Source: Pedobacter sp. (GTDB lineage: Bacteria; Desulfobacterota; Desulfuromonadia; Desulfuromonadales; Syntrophotaleaceae). Taken from it: a DNA stretch of 64,000 bases. The translations under genes were made by a program, and so were the position numbers. Of this stretch, positions 1 to 10,943 are shown one piece after another. The notes below the pieces were generated by a model that saw only the letters and a list, made by a program, of their open reading frames with translations, was not told where the DNA came from and searched no databases. Numbering within the stretch: position 1 is the stretch's first letter; each line of letters opens with the position of its first letter. The stretch is taken from positions 840,679-904,678 of the forward strand of contig JBFWJC010000001.1 of NCBI GenBank assembly GCA_050253415.1, given 5' to 3'.

Positions 1-171
1 AATGGCCTGGGTAAGCGAATCGGCCGCCAATTGGGCCTTCACTTTGGTCGAAATGGTTTAATCGTCTAGCTAAGTACCGGTGCTTCGGCTGGTGGAAGAT
101 CCGGCGCAGCCGGCCAGCGCAAGAATTGTCAAAGCGATCAGCAATCCGGTTATGCGGTGATGTCTCGTCAT
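1..171 (-). pseudogene. BON-domain (OsmY-like) lipoprotein pseudogene, runs off the window edge
   Basis: Manual translation from ATG at 171: MTRHHRITGLLIALTILALAGC AGSSTSRSTGT*LDD*TISTKVKAQLAAD. Lipobox LAGC and the BON-type STGxYxDDxxITTKVKA motif are present, with two in-frame stops (TAG, TAA). RBS GAAAGGA upstream. Confidence 0.75.
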
Positions 172-287
172 GACATTTTTCCTTTCGTTTTATAGATATC
201 CCACGATTCCCGACCAACCGCCCATCATATCTGCGTCGTTGCACCGGACAATGAAAGCGGTATAGCAGGATGTTGAAAAACAGCCTG

Positions 288-458
288 CTATACTTTGGCT
301 GGCTGCCGGTGCCAGGCGATAAGTGCGAAGAAAAAGAGGATCAGAAATATGCAGAAGAGCACCTTGGCAATTTTGGCTGCCGCCACAGCAATACCGGAAA
401 ACCCGAAAAGGGCTGCGATCAGAGCAACTGCCAAGAAAATAGCGGCCCATCGTAACAT
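288..458 (-). CDS. DUF1328 (YtjA-like) small membrane protein, 56 aa
   Basis: Not in the ORF track; manual translation [65 protein letters not shown]. Typical DUF1328 pattern. Confidence 0.85.
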   Translation of the reverse strand: MLRWAAIFLAVALIAALFGFSGIAVAAAKIAKVLFCIFLILFFFALIAWHRQPAKV

Positions 459-513
459 GCAATACCTCCTTTTCTAGGTTTGACAAAGGGGCTCTATTTA
501 AGCCTCTCAAGAA

Positions 514-768
514 TCATTCAACGGTTTCTTTGATCACTTCGCCTGTTTCCTCTACAGCTTGGTCAATCTTTTCACCGGCTTTCTCCGCAGGGCCTTCCTC
601 ACCCATCATTTCTTCGGTTGTTTCTTCTACTCTTTCCATTGTCTCTTCGACAGTCTGGTCAACTTTTTCGCCGATTTTCTCTGCAGGGCCTTCTTTTTCA
701 CAGGCCGTGATCAGTAAGGACATTCCGAGAAAGGTCAAGGGAAGTAAGAGATAAAAAAGTTTTTTCAT
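514..768 (-). CDS. Small acidic lipoprotein with duplicated GPAEKxGEKxDQ motif (stress-associated type)
   Basis: Signal peptide and lipobox (ITAC); two internal EGPAEK(I/A)GEK(V/I)DQ repeats; AAGGAG RBS. Confidence 0.8.
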   Translation of the reverse strand: MKKLFYLLLPLTFLGMSLLITACEKEGPAEKIGEKVDQTVEETMERVEETTEEMMGEEGPAEKAGEKIDQAVEETGEVIKETVE

Positions 769-1386
769 AATTTTCTCCTTTTTGGCGTATAGGTTCTATG
801 ACGGGAAAGATCTCGCCTTTTCCTATTTTACCGACGTGATTTTGATGCATGGGGAACTCATTCAATAGATCAGGGAACGTTTTTCGGTTTGCTTTTTTGG
901 GGTACTGATATTCTTCTTTGTCGATTCATTCCGCATCAAGCCCTCTTTTGATTTATTACATGGAGCATTCCTCTGTCTTTGCGGCATGAGTAAACTACTA
1001 ACACCGCGACCGAGACTGTCAAGGATAAAAAAGTACAAAAAAACAGATAGTTATGGTTTGCTTCCTTAATGATAATTTAAACCCTGACAATTGCCTTGTT
1101 TTGTCTGCACCGAATCGATCGACTTAAAAGCCGTAAGGTGGTGGGTTTTTTGTCTGCCGAAATTTGGGAGGCATGTTCGATGCCTTAAAGGTTTTGGATT
1201 GCCGGTTGTGCAGGGACGGAACAAGTGGTTGGAAATTTACAAAAGGGGTATGACTGACTAAGCAAGCTAGGGGCGTTATAACTCATCTGGAGGTGGCAGG
1301 AAACGGTAGCAGAAGGGAACAGAAAAACCAACCGGCTGGGAAAATCGAGTCGATATCATTTTTATTGAAACGAAAGGAGTAATGCC

Positions 1387-2110
1387 ATGCGCACCTTTTT
1401 CATTCTTTTCTGCCTGTTTTTTGCCTCAAGCGTCTTCGCTGTATGTAGCACAAGACCTACGAGGTTGAGAGCCGGCAGTTCGGGGCTATTACGTCAGTTC
1501 TGCGCCAGGTGCATCCACGGTGCTCTAAGGCACGACTTGGAGGGGTTGACCGGCTATTAAGTAAAGAGTGCGCAAATGGTGTATATGGTGTTTTCCATCG
1601 ATCTCTATGGCACGGTGGGGAGACCTGAGCCCATGGAAGTAAGACAACGGTTGATCAGCGAGTTTGCGGGAATCGTCAACTGATGAGCACTCGCTTACAG
1701 AGGGGCTTGGCGGGGATGCAGGCAGGTTTGGCGGAAATATCGAGAATGCAATTGTCGCTTTCTACTGTTTCGGCGTTTCGACAGTGCTTGAACCGGTTCG
1801 CTCCGGTAATTATCCCAAGGGATTCGTAAGCTTCCATGGCGGATTTGCAACTCTTGAAGCACAGGACTATTCCTGAGGCCCTGGTCTGTTTTTAATTCTT
1901 CACGGCACTGCCGACAGGAACGTGACCATGGCCCCTTTTGCGGCTCTGTCCGTTGATCTTGAAAAGGCAAGCGTTCCTCACGAAATGCTCAGCTTTGGTA
2001 GCGTGCTGCGTTTTTTTACGATTTTATGGAGGATCTTGCCAACGCAAGGATGCCGGCCGAAAATCATGGTAACGTTTTGCAGAGTTTTTGAACCAAACCC
2101 TTCGCGAAAC
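1387..2110 (+). pseudogene. Degraded dienelactone hydrolase family gene
   Basis: RBS AAGGAG then signal-peptide start MRTFFILFCLFFASSVFA. Fragments in shifting frames: FYCFG (GYCFGG nucleophile motif), FVSFHGG, LILHGTAD..VTM, LEKASVPHEM, KSW*RFAEFL. Multiple stops and frameshifts. Confidence 0.75.
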
Positions 2111-2154
2111 CTGGCGAAGGGCTATCCGCTTAGAGATCGGAGCGGACTTTTCAT

Positions 2155-3009
2155 TCAGGAACGCCCTGTCTGAACCACTTCTACCGGTGCCAGGCTGAAA
2201 ATTTCGCAGGGCATGTCGATCTTGGCCGCACGGAAGCCTTCGTACAGTTTTTCGCGTAACTCGTAGCGCAGGGGTATGTGCTGCTTTTCGTTTTGGATCC
2301 AGACACGGAAACGGACCGTGACATTGAAGTTCCCTAGGGCCTCGATGACCATTTCGGGAGCCGGTTGCTGGAGAAACCGTTCATCCCCCGTGATCGTTTC
2401 CTGAAAAATTTGGCGAAGTCGGGCGAAGTTTTCTCCGACCCCGACGCTGAGATCGACGTCGATTCGCAAAAATGGAAAATTGGTGTAGGAAGCAACCGCG
2501 CTGTTGATTACCTTGGTGTTAGGGACCGCCAGCATCCGGCCGTCAGGGGTGACGATCCTGGTAGTTCGCAGGGTAATGTCATCTACTCTGCCGTAATAGT
2601 CTTCCAGTTCGATGAGATCGCCAAGTACAAAGGGCCGGTCCCAGAAAATGAATAACCCGGAAATGATGTTCGACAAGGCATCCCTTGCTGCAAACCCGAT
2701 GGTTAGTCCGGCGACTCCCAGGCTGGTAAGAATGGAAGTAATGTTGAAACCGAGTTCCTTGAAGGCGCTCAGCAGACCGATGGACAGAATAATTGTTTTG
2801 GAAACGGAGCGGATGAAACTGGCCAGGGTAGGATCCAGCTTCACCCGGCGGAATACCGGTTTGAAGGATCGTTCCAGAATCAGCCAGAGAGTCAAAAAGA
2901 CCATGAAGATGATGAATGCCGACAGTAACTGGGGTACCTTCTCTCCCAGGAAGCGGGCGATGACCTGGGGGTCGAATTGTTCCTTGAGGCCTTGCCAGAT
3001 TTCATTCAT
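2155..3009 (-). CDS. MscS-family mechanosensitive channel
   Basis: Three TM segments, GLTIGFAARDALSNIISG, RPFVLGDLI, G.V.DITLRTT motifs. Start placed at MNEIW after the GAGGAG RBS. Confidence 0.92.
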   Translation of the reverse strand: MNEIWQGLKEQFDPQVIARFLGEKVPQLLSAFIIFMVFLTLWLILERSFKPVFRRVKLDPTLASFIRSVSKTIILSIGLLSAFKELGFNITSILTSLGVAGLTIGFAARDALSNIISGLFIFWDRPFVLGDLIELEDYYGRVDDITLRTTRIVTPDGRMLAVPNTKVINSAVASYTNFPFLRIDVDLSVGVGENFARLRQIFQETITGDERFLQQPAPEMVIEALGNFNVTVRFRVWIQNEKQHIPLRYELREKLYEGFRAAKIDMPCEIFSLAPVEVVQTGRS

Positions 3010-3626
3010 TTTGCTTTCTCCTCTTAAATTGTGATTCTGCCTGCCCAATTTGTCAGAATAAGATAATTCTACTGGGAAATCGGATTTTGGCAGGGTTCCT
3101 GAAAACTTCTGGGGCAGCGTTCCGGATGTATGGGAAAAAACCTGATCTTCCAGAAGCGTATTTTGCTGGTAGGTGGGAAAGACAAAGGAGGACGACGAAG
3201 CCTTTGGGAGTTGAGTTTTGGACGGAAAATATGCGCGAAACACTGTGGACCGACGTCATTAGATGGCTGCCGAGCTAGCGCCCCTGCTCCTGTTGATCAT
3301 AGGCCGGCTAACGATCCGGCGATCATGGGCATTTGGTGTCTGGCGAACGGTAGTCCGGAAGTAAAATCAAAAATGCGAACTTTCTAATTTACTTTTGACT
3401 CGACCTCAACCCTGAGATAGACTTCACTTGTGGGGTCTTAAACCGCCAAATCTGCTTGAGACGAGTACATCTCAGTAATCCGTCTGATCTTAAAGTCTTC
3501 GAAAAGTGAATTCATATATGACAAGTTTTTTGAAGCTCAACGTCGTGATTGCCGTTGAAAGAATCATCAAGGCGATTGAGCTGCGTGGTTTTTAAATCGG
3601 CGGGAACTCTAAAAAAGGAGGAGATT

Positions 3627-3803
3627 ATGGGAACCCTTATCGGCATAATCATTTTCTTGGCCGACATCTGGGCCATCGTTCAGACCGTAAAAAGCTCTGA
3701 ATCGACAGGAAAAAAGTTTTTGTGGATCGTGTTGATCCTGTTTCTTCCGGTGTTCGGCTTACTGGTCTGGTACTTTCTTGGTCCCAAGCCAGGTAAGGTT
3801 TAA
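3627..3803 (+). CDS. PLDc_N-domain small membrane protein (58 aa)
   Basis: DIWAI...K.LWIVLILFLPVFGLLVWYFLG pattern; AAGGAGGAG RBS. Confidence 0.85.
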   Translation: MGTLIGIIIFLADIWAIVQTVKSSESTGKKFLWIVLILFLPVFGLLVWYFLGPKPGKV

Positions 3804-3851
3804 TTCATTCTGGTTTCGCAAGCCATTATTTTGCTAGCAACCAGCGTTTTC

Positions 3852-3879
3852 TTGACAGTTTCCCCATCTCGCCTAGCAT
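3852..3879 (+). promoter_or_regulatory. Probable sigma70 promoter of the rubrerythrin-like/ferredoxin genes
   Basis: TTGACA-N16-TAGCAT about 50 bp upstream of the ATG at 3927. Confidence 0.4.
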
Positions 3880-3926
3880 TAAACCTAGGTGCCTGACCAA
3901 AAACTTCCAACAGGCGAGGAGGTCAA

Positions 3927-4442
3927 ATGAATGTCTTGGATTACGCCATGAAAATGGAAATGGACGGCAAGGCCTATTACGAAAAGCTGGCTGATAGTTG
4001 CCTGGAGCCAGGGTTAAAAAATATCTTTTCGCGCTTGGCCGGGGACGAACAGAAGCACTACGAAATATTACAGATGCTTAAAGCCGGCGCCGACGCTGCA
4101 GCCATGGCCGATACCGATGTTATTGATGAGGCCAAGAATGTTTTCACTGATCTTCCCGGGAAAAGCGGAACATTGAAGAACATCAAAAAAGACCTGGAGG
4201 CATACCAGCACGCCATGGAGATAGAGGCGGAGAGTTTCCGGTTTTACGAAGATGCTGCCGACAAGGAACCGGATTATTCAATCAAAAAGCTATTTTTGAA
4301 AATCGCCCAGGAGGAACACAAACATTTCACGGTAATGGAAAATGTTTATCATTTTATCAATGCTCCAAACCAATATCTGGCTTGGGCGGAGTTCAGCAAC
4401 CTTGAACAGTTCAGACAATTCGGGAGGGATGTCGACATCTAA
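3927..4442 (+). CDS. Ferritin-like / rubrerythrin-family di-iron protein
   Basis: Duplicated A..E...FY...A.....K.F..LA..E.KH di-iron motifs. Confidence 0.9.
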   Translation: MNVLDYAMKMEMDGKAYYEKLADSCLEPGLKNIFSRLAGDEQKHYEILQMLKAGADAAAMADTDVIDEAKNVFTDLPGKSGTLKNIKKDLEAYQHAMEIEAESFRFYEDAADKEPDYSIKKLFLKIAQEEHKHFTVMENVYHFINAPNQYLAWAEFSNLEQFRQFGRDVDI

Positions 4443-4524
4443 AATTGACCACATTACCCGGTCGGAAAAATCCGGACAGGCCTGCAAAAGGCAGCAACAA
4501 CCCCAAACCTAAAGGAGGTACCTT

Positions 4525-4710
4525 ATGGGAACCCACTACATCACTGACGATTGTGTAGCTTGCGGAGCATGTGAACCAGTCTGTCCTGTGAGTGCTATCA
4601 GCGCCGATGAGCCCATTTACATCATCGATCAGGGAACCTGCACCGATTGCGGGGAATGTGACGAAGTCTGCCCGGTCGATGCCATTAAATGGGAAAAGAC
4701 AGCCGGATAG
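4525..4710 (+). CDS. 2x[4Fe-4S] ferredoxin
   Basis: CVACGACEPVCP and CTDCGECDEVCP; AAGGAGG RBS. Confidence 0.95.
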   Translation: MGTHYITDDCVACGACEPVCPVSAISADEPIYIIDQGTCTDCGECDEVCPVDAIKWEKTAG

Positions 4711-4815
4711 GCAAAAGAGCCGAAGAGGCCCTCCCCCCTATCGGGAAAACTGAAAAGTGGCAGAAATAAAAATCCGACGAAGATTATGTCATGACGGACT
4801 TCTAGGAGATCCCCC

Positions 4816-4843
4816 AAAAAGGCCTCTGGAAAGAGGCCTTTTT
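4816..4843. terminator. Bidirectional intrinsic terminator
   Basis: AAAAA-GGCCTCT-GGAA-AGAGGCC-TTTTT between convergent units. Confidence 0.75.
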
Positions 4844-5306
4844 ATACCGGACGATCATCTTCTGAATCATCAGGGCTCTGAACGCTTTTGAATACATATG
4901 CCTCTTCACTGCCCCCGGTTCGTCTTGCTGTTGTGAATTCAGTTAGAGGCGACAACTATCCAGACACAGGGGGCCCATAATCCCTGTATTATATGAAAAC
5001 CCCGTACGGTTCGCCAGACGGGGTTTCTGTGTTTTGTAACTCGTGAATTGTTGGAAATACAGGAGTATCTCTTATTTACCGAAGGATATCCCTCGGAGCT
5101 CGATTGGAGCTCAACCGGCCGGCTCGCGGCATTAGTTTAATGGCCGAATTCCGCGGCGTACAGGATTTCTTCGCGCACAGCCTTGAGAACCATCAATCCC
5201 TTCCCGATCAATTCATCGATTCGTCGAACCAAATCCATTGTGTTTATATTCACCTCCGATTTTCTTCGTTCGTTTCGGGTAGGTCCCTGTTTATTGTCCG
5301 AGGTGC

Positions 5307-6215
5307 TCAGCAAAACCATGGATTGTCCGACGAATAGTTCACAAATTTCCACCTAAGAGCGGTTGCATTCTCAGTTTTAATTACCTTGCGGATCTTGAAT
5401 TCCACAATCCGCTCAGCCCCCGGGAATAGAACCACCTGCTCCTTGTCCCAGACGATATTTGCAGTTCCGGACAGTTGCAGAGTTCCGCCTTGTTCGAAGT
5501 CGACAAAAAGCAGGCCAACATTGGGATTTTCAATGATGTTGCCCAAGGTGTTAAACATGCCGTTTCCATTATAATCGGGCCAGATAATCGTTCGTTCGTC
5601 AACGACCTGGACAAATCCTGGGAAACCGCCACGGTGAGAGGCATCGGCACCGCCCAGGGGATGAAAACTGGCGATAAAAAACGTATCGGCATTCCTGATC
5701 CATTGCTGCAGCTCTTCGCTAAGCGCGGCTGACTTCTGAACACTTCGTGACGACGGGAAATCATGGTTACTCAATTCACAGATACGAGCTTGGATGTATC
5801 TCGGGCAATTGGAATATACCTGCCGAGTTCGTACTGAAAAACCATCAAGTCCTTGAACCACGATGCCGTTCAGCCGCAACCGGCGGCGTGTGGAGAAATC
5901 AATTATCAGGAGACCGAGTTCGTTGTCGTCTCGGAGACTTTCACCCAAGGGACCCGCTTCATCCGGTAACGCATCGATCTGCAGGGTGCGTTCGTCCATG
6001 ACAGCCATGAATCCGGGGCGACCGCACAAGACGGATGCCCATGTCATACCGTTCGCGTCGACCGATCCGAGTATCGCCATGGGTTGACTCTGGATAAATT
6101 CGACGAACACATGGGCGATAATCGGAAGGATCGTGCGGCCGACATGGTTTGCCGCTTCGATGGCGCCAGCTTTCATCTGCACCTTAAGTTCACCTGAATG
6201 ATAGGTTGGTTTCAT
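5307..6215 (-). CDS. Pyridoxamine 5'-phosphate oxidase-family FMN-binding protein (tandem split barrel)
   Basis: YHSGEL.VQ, RRRLRLNG, NCPRYIQ, ADTFFIAS, DASHRGG.PGFV, PDY.GN.MFNTLGNI. Confidence 0.9.
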   Translation of the reverse strand: MKPTYHSGELKVQMKAGAIEAANHVGRTILPIIAHVFVEFIQSQPMAILGSVDANGMTWASVLCGRPGFMAVMDERTLQIDALPDEAGPLGESLRDDNELGLLIIDFSTRRRLRLNGIVVQGLDGFSVRTRQVYSNCPRYIQARICELSNHDFPSSRSVQKSAALSEELQQWIRNADTFFIASFHPLGGADASHRGGFPGFVQVVDERTIIWPDYNGNGMFNTLGNIIENPNVGLLFVDFEQGGTLQLSGTANIVWDKEQVVLFPGAERIVEFKIRKVIKTENATALRWKFVNYSSDNPWFC

Positions 6216-6273
6216 GGTGTCACTCCCCCTTTTGGCTATCGATTATTGGCAAAGGTTGGCCGACACCGACATT

Positions 6274-6915
6274 TCAGGTAGCCAGACAAATCCTGGTTGC
6301 CGGCATGGCGATGAATCCAGGCAAGGCCTCAATGCGTTTCAACCAGGTGCGAATGTGGCCATATTTTTCCAGAGAGACATCCCCTTCCGGGGCATGGGCG
6401 ATATAGCTATAGCAGGCGACGTCGGCAATGGTGGGATGATTCACTGCCAGAAAGTCACGATCCGCCAGATGGGCGTCCAGAATATCAAAGAGCTTGTATG
6501 CGACCTCCTTGCTGGATTCGTGATCAAGGGGGGCATTAAATACGGTTATCAAACGTGCTGCGCAGGGACCACGGAAAATTTCTCCGGAAGCTATCGAAAG
6601 AAAGCGCTGTACCAGCGCAGCACCCTCTGGATCATTAGGCAACCATGTTTCATCGCCATACTTTTTTGCCAGATAAACCAGGATAGCCGTGGAATCATAG
6701 ACAATTACCCCATCATCATCCAGAACCGGAACGGCGCCGAAGGGATTGAGTTTTAGATATTCGGGAGTTCTCTGTTCACCGGCAAGCAGATCGACGGGGA
6801 TGGGTGTGAAAGGCAAGTCCAGCAGCGACGCCATCAGGCGGACGCGATGGGCATGGCCGGACTTTTCAAAATCATAAATTTTCAACGGTTTGTTAGGCTT
6901 GGTGGTAATCGGCAT
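6274..6915 (-). CDS. Glutathione S-transferase family protein
   Basis: SGHAHRVRL, LNPFGAVPVL.D, DSTAILVYLA, PTIADVACYSY. Confidence 0.93.
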   Translation of the reverse strand: MPITTKPNKPLKIYDFEKSGHAHRVRLMASLLDLPFTPIPVDLLAGEQRTPEYLKLNPFGAVPVLDDDGVIVYDSTAILVYLAKKYGDETWLPNDPEGAALVQRFLSIASGEIFRGPCAARLITVFNAPLDHESSKEVAYKLFDILDAHLADRDFLAVNHPTIADVACYSYIAHAPEGDVSLEKYGHIRTWLKRIEALPGFIAMPATRICLAT

Positions 6916-7004
6916 GGTGTATCCTCCTTAGCAAGGGTGTGGGGCTTCCGCAACGGGAATACTCTTTGTTTTCAAGTGGTACTAAAAATTATACTGCTTG
7001 ATAC

Positions 7005-7553
7005 CTAGCGGGCCAATAGCTCCTCTGTTGAGATGACCTCCGCGTAGGCGAAGCCGAGTGCGGACATGAAGGCGGCATGAACCATATGGGCAGGGACCGT
7101 GACTCCGTTGAACTCCAGGTCCAAGGTGGCGCAGGCGTCGTGTACCAGGGTGCACTTGTACCCATGGTCACTGGCCGCTCGAGTCACTGCGTCAATGCAC
7201 ATGTGACTCATCGCCCCGACTATGGTGACAGCCTCTATTCCACTCTTGTCCAGGACCTTCTTTAGTTCCGTGCCCTTGAAGCTGTTGACCTGATCCTTTG
7301 TCAGGACCGGCTCCCCTTCCGCTGGTACGACATCGGGGTGGATGGATGCCCCCTCGGAACCGGGAACGAAGAAGGGAGCGGCCTCGTTGGGAAACTCGTG
7401 ACGGACGTGGACGACCAGGTCGCCCGCCTTGCGGGTCGCCTCCAGAATTCGCTTAGCGTTAGCGCTGGCCTTTTCGGTTCCCTCCAAGGTCCACTTGCCG
7501 CCCTGGTAGTAGTCCTTCTGAAGGTCCACCACGATAAGTGCGTTGTTCGACAT
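7005..7553 (-). CDS. Cysteine hydrolase (isochorismatase family)
   Basis: ALIVVDLQKDY, K...NSF..T.L, G.MSHMCID catalytic triad. Confidence 0.92.
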   Translation of the reverse strand: MSNNALIVVDLQKDYYQGGKWTLEGTEKASANAKRILEATRKAGDLVVHVRHEFPNEAAPFFVPGSEGASIHPDVVPAEGEPVLTKDQVNSFKGTELKKVLDKSGIEAVTIVGAMSHMCIDAVTRAASDHGYKCTLVHDACATLDLEFNGVTVPAHMVHAAFMSALGFAYAEVISTEELLAR

Positions 7554-7667
7554 TATCTTTCTCCTTTACGGATGGGGTAAGTGATGGAAAAAGTATAATA
7601 GGTAAATGCCCTACGATAAATTGGCGAATCTGACATATTGTGTGGCATAATTGCCATTTGAAGACAG

Positions 7668-8681
7668 GTGGGGGAGGAAGGAGTGAATCAAGTGGTCCTC
7701 AGAGAGAAATGGGTGGGGATTGTGAAATATCCTGGCGTGCAATTGGCGGCAGTGTATGGCCTGACCGACATGTTCCTAACCGCTAACTCTTTCATCGATT
7801 CAGCAGACGTGGGCGAAGGTGCACGCTTCGCTGTAAGCCACTGGGAGCCAGCCCACTCCGGGACGGGACTCCGCCTTGACTATGCGAGCAGCGCTCCCCC
7901 AGCCACACAACAAAATGTCATCATCGTGCCCGGGAGCTTGGTTCCTGGGAACCTTGAGGTGGTTCCCAGCTCGGTATCGGAGTGGATTCGCGCCCAGTAC
8001 ACCGGTGGGGCCGTGGCCAGCTCTGTCTGCAAGGGGGTGTACGCCCTCGCCCGGAGTGGCATTCTCAGAGGTCGCCGGGTAACCACCCACTGGTCCTGCC
8101 TGGATGAGTTCTCCAGGCTGCACCCTGATGTGTCGCTGGAGATTGACAAGATTATCGTAGACGACGGGGAGATCATTACGGCGGGTGGCGTCATGGCATG
8201 GATGGACCTGGGGCTTAAGTTGATCCACAAGTTCGCCGGTTCCGGTGTGATGATTGACGTTGCGAAGTTCCTTTTGATAGACCCCAGCGGAAGAAAGCAG
8301 AAATACTACCGAGCCTTTTCTCCCCCCACAGACCATGGCGACGAAAAGGTTTTTCGCGTGCAACACTGGCTTCAGGCCCACTTCGGTGAGAACTTATCCC
8401 TGGCAAGAATGGCACACGTTGCAGCCACCAGTGAGCGGACACTGATCAGGAGGTTTCACAATGCCCTGGGAATGAGCCCGACTACATACGTGCAAAAGCT
8501 TCGCACAGGCAAGGCGCGGGAGCTGTTGGAACTGACTCGGTTACCGTTCAACCAAGTCTCCTGGAAGGTCGGATACGAAGACATCGGGGCATTCCGCAAG
8601 GTCTTCCTTCGGGAGATGGGGCTCACACCCGCGCAGTACCGCCGGAAGTTTTACATCACGGAAGGAGAATCATCGGATTAG
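7668..8681 (+). CDS. GlxA-family AraC regulator with DJ-1/PfpI sensor domain
   Basis: SVCKG, TTHW, DDGEIITAGG, C-terminal double HTH (SERTLIRRF; VGYEDIGAFRKVF). Divergent from the hydrolase. Start may be the GTG at 7683. Confidence 0.92.
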   Translation: MGEEGVNQVVLREKWVGIVKYPGVQLAAVYGLTDMFLTANSFIDSADVGEGARFAVSHWEPAHSGTGLRLDYASSAPPATQQNVIIVPGSLVPGNLEVVPSSVSEWIRAQYTGGAVASSVCKGVYALARSGILRGRRVTTHWSCLDEFSRLHPDVSLEIDKIIVDDGEIITAGGVMAWMDLGLKLIHKFAGSGVMIDVAKFLLIDPSGRKQKYYRAFSPPTDHGDEKVFRVQHWLQAHFGENLSLARMAHVAATSERTLIRRFHNALGMSPTTYVQKLRTGKARELLELTRLPFNQVSWKVGYEDIGAFRKVFLREMGLTPAQYRRKFYITEGESSD

Positions 8682-9100
8682 ATAGCCGATACCAATACCT
8701 GCCCTCCTTCAGAGCCCATTGGACAAGTTTTGCGAAATTATAGCAGTCGGTCAATTCTGGGAGCCTACAAGTTGTGTCAGCAAGTTTTTAAATGCCCTGT
8801 TGTGGATGATTCTCATGGGCACTCATTTTCAAGACATTAGCCACTATGATTAAACGGCTTACCAGGAATGCTAGATAGGCCGTCTTGTTTTATGTCTCAG
8901 GATGATTACCCGCTGACTGTAAACAGCTTTTCTACGTTTCTCACAACTCCTGCATTCCGAGACGCCTTGCCCTCGGGTGATCACTATCTGAAATTTTGCC
9001 GAAAAAGAAAAAGGCCCCTACACCGCATAGTGTAAAGGCCTAGCCGAAAAATCAACATGTTACGTGACCCCCTCCGTATGACGGAAGGGGTCGGATTCGG

Positions 9101-10207
9101 TTATTTAAAACTTGCGAGGAATTCTCCGTAGCCTTCCTTCTCCAGTTGGTCCACGGGGATGAAGCGCAGGGCGGCCGAGTTCATGCAATAGCGCAAGCCA
9201 GTCGGCGGCGGGCCGTCGCTAAACACGTGGCCGAGGTGTGAATCACCGTGGCGGCTACGTATTTCGGTGCGCACCGAAAAGAATTTGCGGTCTTCGCGCT
9301 CGACGATATTGTCTTTTACCAGCGGTCGGGTGAAGCTTGGCCAGCCGGTACCTGATGTGTACTTGTCCAGTGAACTGAACAGTGGTTCGCCCGAGACGAT
9401 GTCGACATAGATACCGGCCTGTTTGTTGTCCCAGTATGCGTTTTTAAAGGGGGGTTCGGTACCTTCCTTCTGGGTGACCTTGTACTGCAAAGGTGTCAGA
9501 GTTTTGCGCAGCGTGACATCATCCGGCTTGTGATAGCGGGTGTTGTTGGTCATGGGAACCGCCTTTTTTATTTCCTTGCTCCAGGTTTTTTCCAGAAACT
9601 GGTCGCGCCCCGAATTCCAGCGGTAGTATTTGTAGCGCAGCGGATTTTTCTTATAGTAGTCCTGATGATAATCTTCGGCGATATAGAAGGCTTCAAAGGG
9701 CAGGATCTCCGTCACGATCGGTTTGTCGAAACGTCCCGATTGTTGCAGAGCCTGTTTGGATTTTTCTGCCAAATCGCGCTGTTCTTGATTATGGTAGAAG
9801 ATGGCTGAACGGTACTGGGATCCGCGGTCGACGAACTGGCCGCCGGCATCCGTCGGATCGATATGTCGCCACAGCACATCCAGTAATTGCTCATAACTGA
9901 CTTTGGCAGGGTCGTAGGTAATCTGCACCGCTTCGACATGGCCGGTGCCGCCGGCGGAGACCTGCTTATAGGTCGGATTCGCTACGTTGCCGCCGGTAAA
10001 GCCCGATATAGCTTTGATGACGCCGGGCACTTTCTCAAAATCGGATTCTACGCACCAGAAACATCCCCCGGCAAAGGTCGCCACCATTTGCGTTTTACCT
10101 TTATCCGCCATGTTTGCTTCTTGATCCGACCCCGTCGCCGCCATGGCTACGCCGGCCAGAAATACCAACGTGGTGAAAAGAAGGGTCCTGAACCAGTGAA
10201 TTTTCAT
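9101..10207 (-). CDS. msrAB: Exported bifunctional methionine sulfoxide reductase MsrA/MsrB
   Basis: Signal peptide; Msr[16 protein letters not shown]; Msr[23 protein letters not shown]. Confidence 0.95.
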   Translation of the reverse strand: MKIHWFRTLLFTTLVFLAGVAMAATGSDQEANMADKGKTQMVATFAGGCFWCVESDFEKVPGVIKAISGFTGGNVANPTYKQVSAGGTGHVEAVQITYDPAKVSYEQLLDVLWRHIDPTDAGGQFVDRGSQYRSAIFYHNQEQRDLAEKSKQALQQSGRFDKPIVTEILPFEAFYIAEDYHQDYYKKNPLRYKYYRWNSGRDQFLEKTWSKEIKKAVPMTNNTRYHKPDDVTLRKTLTPLQYKVTQKEGTEPPFKNAYWDNKQAGIYVDIVSGEPLFSSLDKYTSGTGWPSFTRPLVKDNIVEREDRKFFSVRTEIRSRHGDSHLGHVFSDGPPPTGLRYCMNSAALRFIPVDQLEKEGYGEFLASFK

Positions 10208-10398
10208 GGAGTCACCTCCTGTTTGCTGAGAAGTATCTTTTCCATTATACGCTGCACGGGGACTTCGGTCCAATCGAGGGTGAAATGAGTGCGATCGTTC
10301 GGAGGTTGCAGGGGTAAATGTATTGCAAATCCGGGCGGCCGGCGATAATTTGGATTACGTGACAGATGGCCACCTACACTATTCCGAATGGAGGGTTT

Positions 10399-10803
10399 AT
10401 GCCGTATCTCAAGGGGCGGATCGTAAAGCTGCTGACCGATTATTTCGAGGATGATTACCGGCGCATCCAGCATGCTATCAGTGTATTGCATCACGCCGAA
10501 AACATCATGGAGAAGTCCGATAATCACGATCCGGAGGTGGTGATCGCGGCGGCACTGCTGCACGATGTCGGCATCAAGCCATCGGAGATCGAGCTCGGTT
10601 ACAACAACGGCAAAACCCAGGAAGAATATGGGCCACCGGTGGTGCGCGCGCTGTTGACTGACATCGGCTTCCCGGTAGATAAGCTGCAAAAGGTCGTCGA
10701 CATCGTTGGCAACCATCATTCGCCTTCGCGGTACGATTATCCCGAACTGGCGATTCTCAAAGAGGCCGATCGCATTGTCAACCGGCTGGAGGAGCGCCGA
10801 TAG
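10399..10803 (+). CDS. HD-domain protein
   Basis: H...V...A, AALLHDVG, GNHH, EAD; GGAGG RBS. Confidence 0.88.
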   Translation: MPYLKGRIVKLLTDYFEDDYRRIQHAISVLHHAENIMEKSDNHDPEVVIAAALLHDVGIKPSEIELGYNNGKTQEEYGPPVVRALLTDIGFPVDKLQKVVDIVGNHHSPSRYDYPELAILKEADRIVNRLEERR

Positions 10804-10943
10804 ATTTCATCGAGATATGAAAAAAACACCTTGCCGCACTTGATTTGATCCTGAATAGGGATAATAGCAAAGTATGGGGTGGCGATTTCATTTATCAAAA
10901 ACACTCCGGTTATGTCGCTGTCCGAGGGAAGGCAGGTGAGGTC

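Noticed and set aside
5137..5240. Short ORF MDLVRRIDELIGKGLMVL... with a GAGG RBS
   Set aside because: Only ~33 aa; could be a gene remnant but I cannot assign it.
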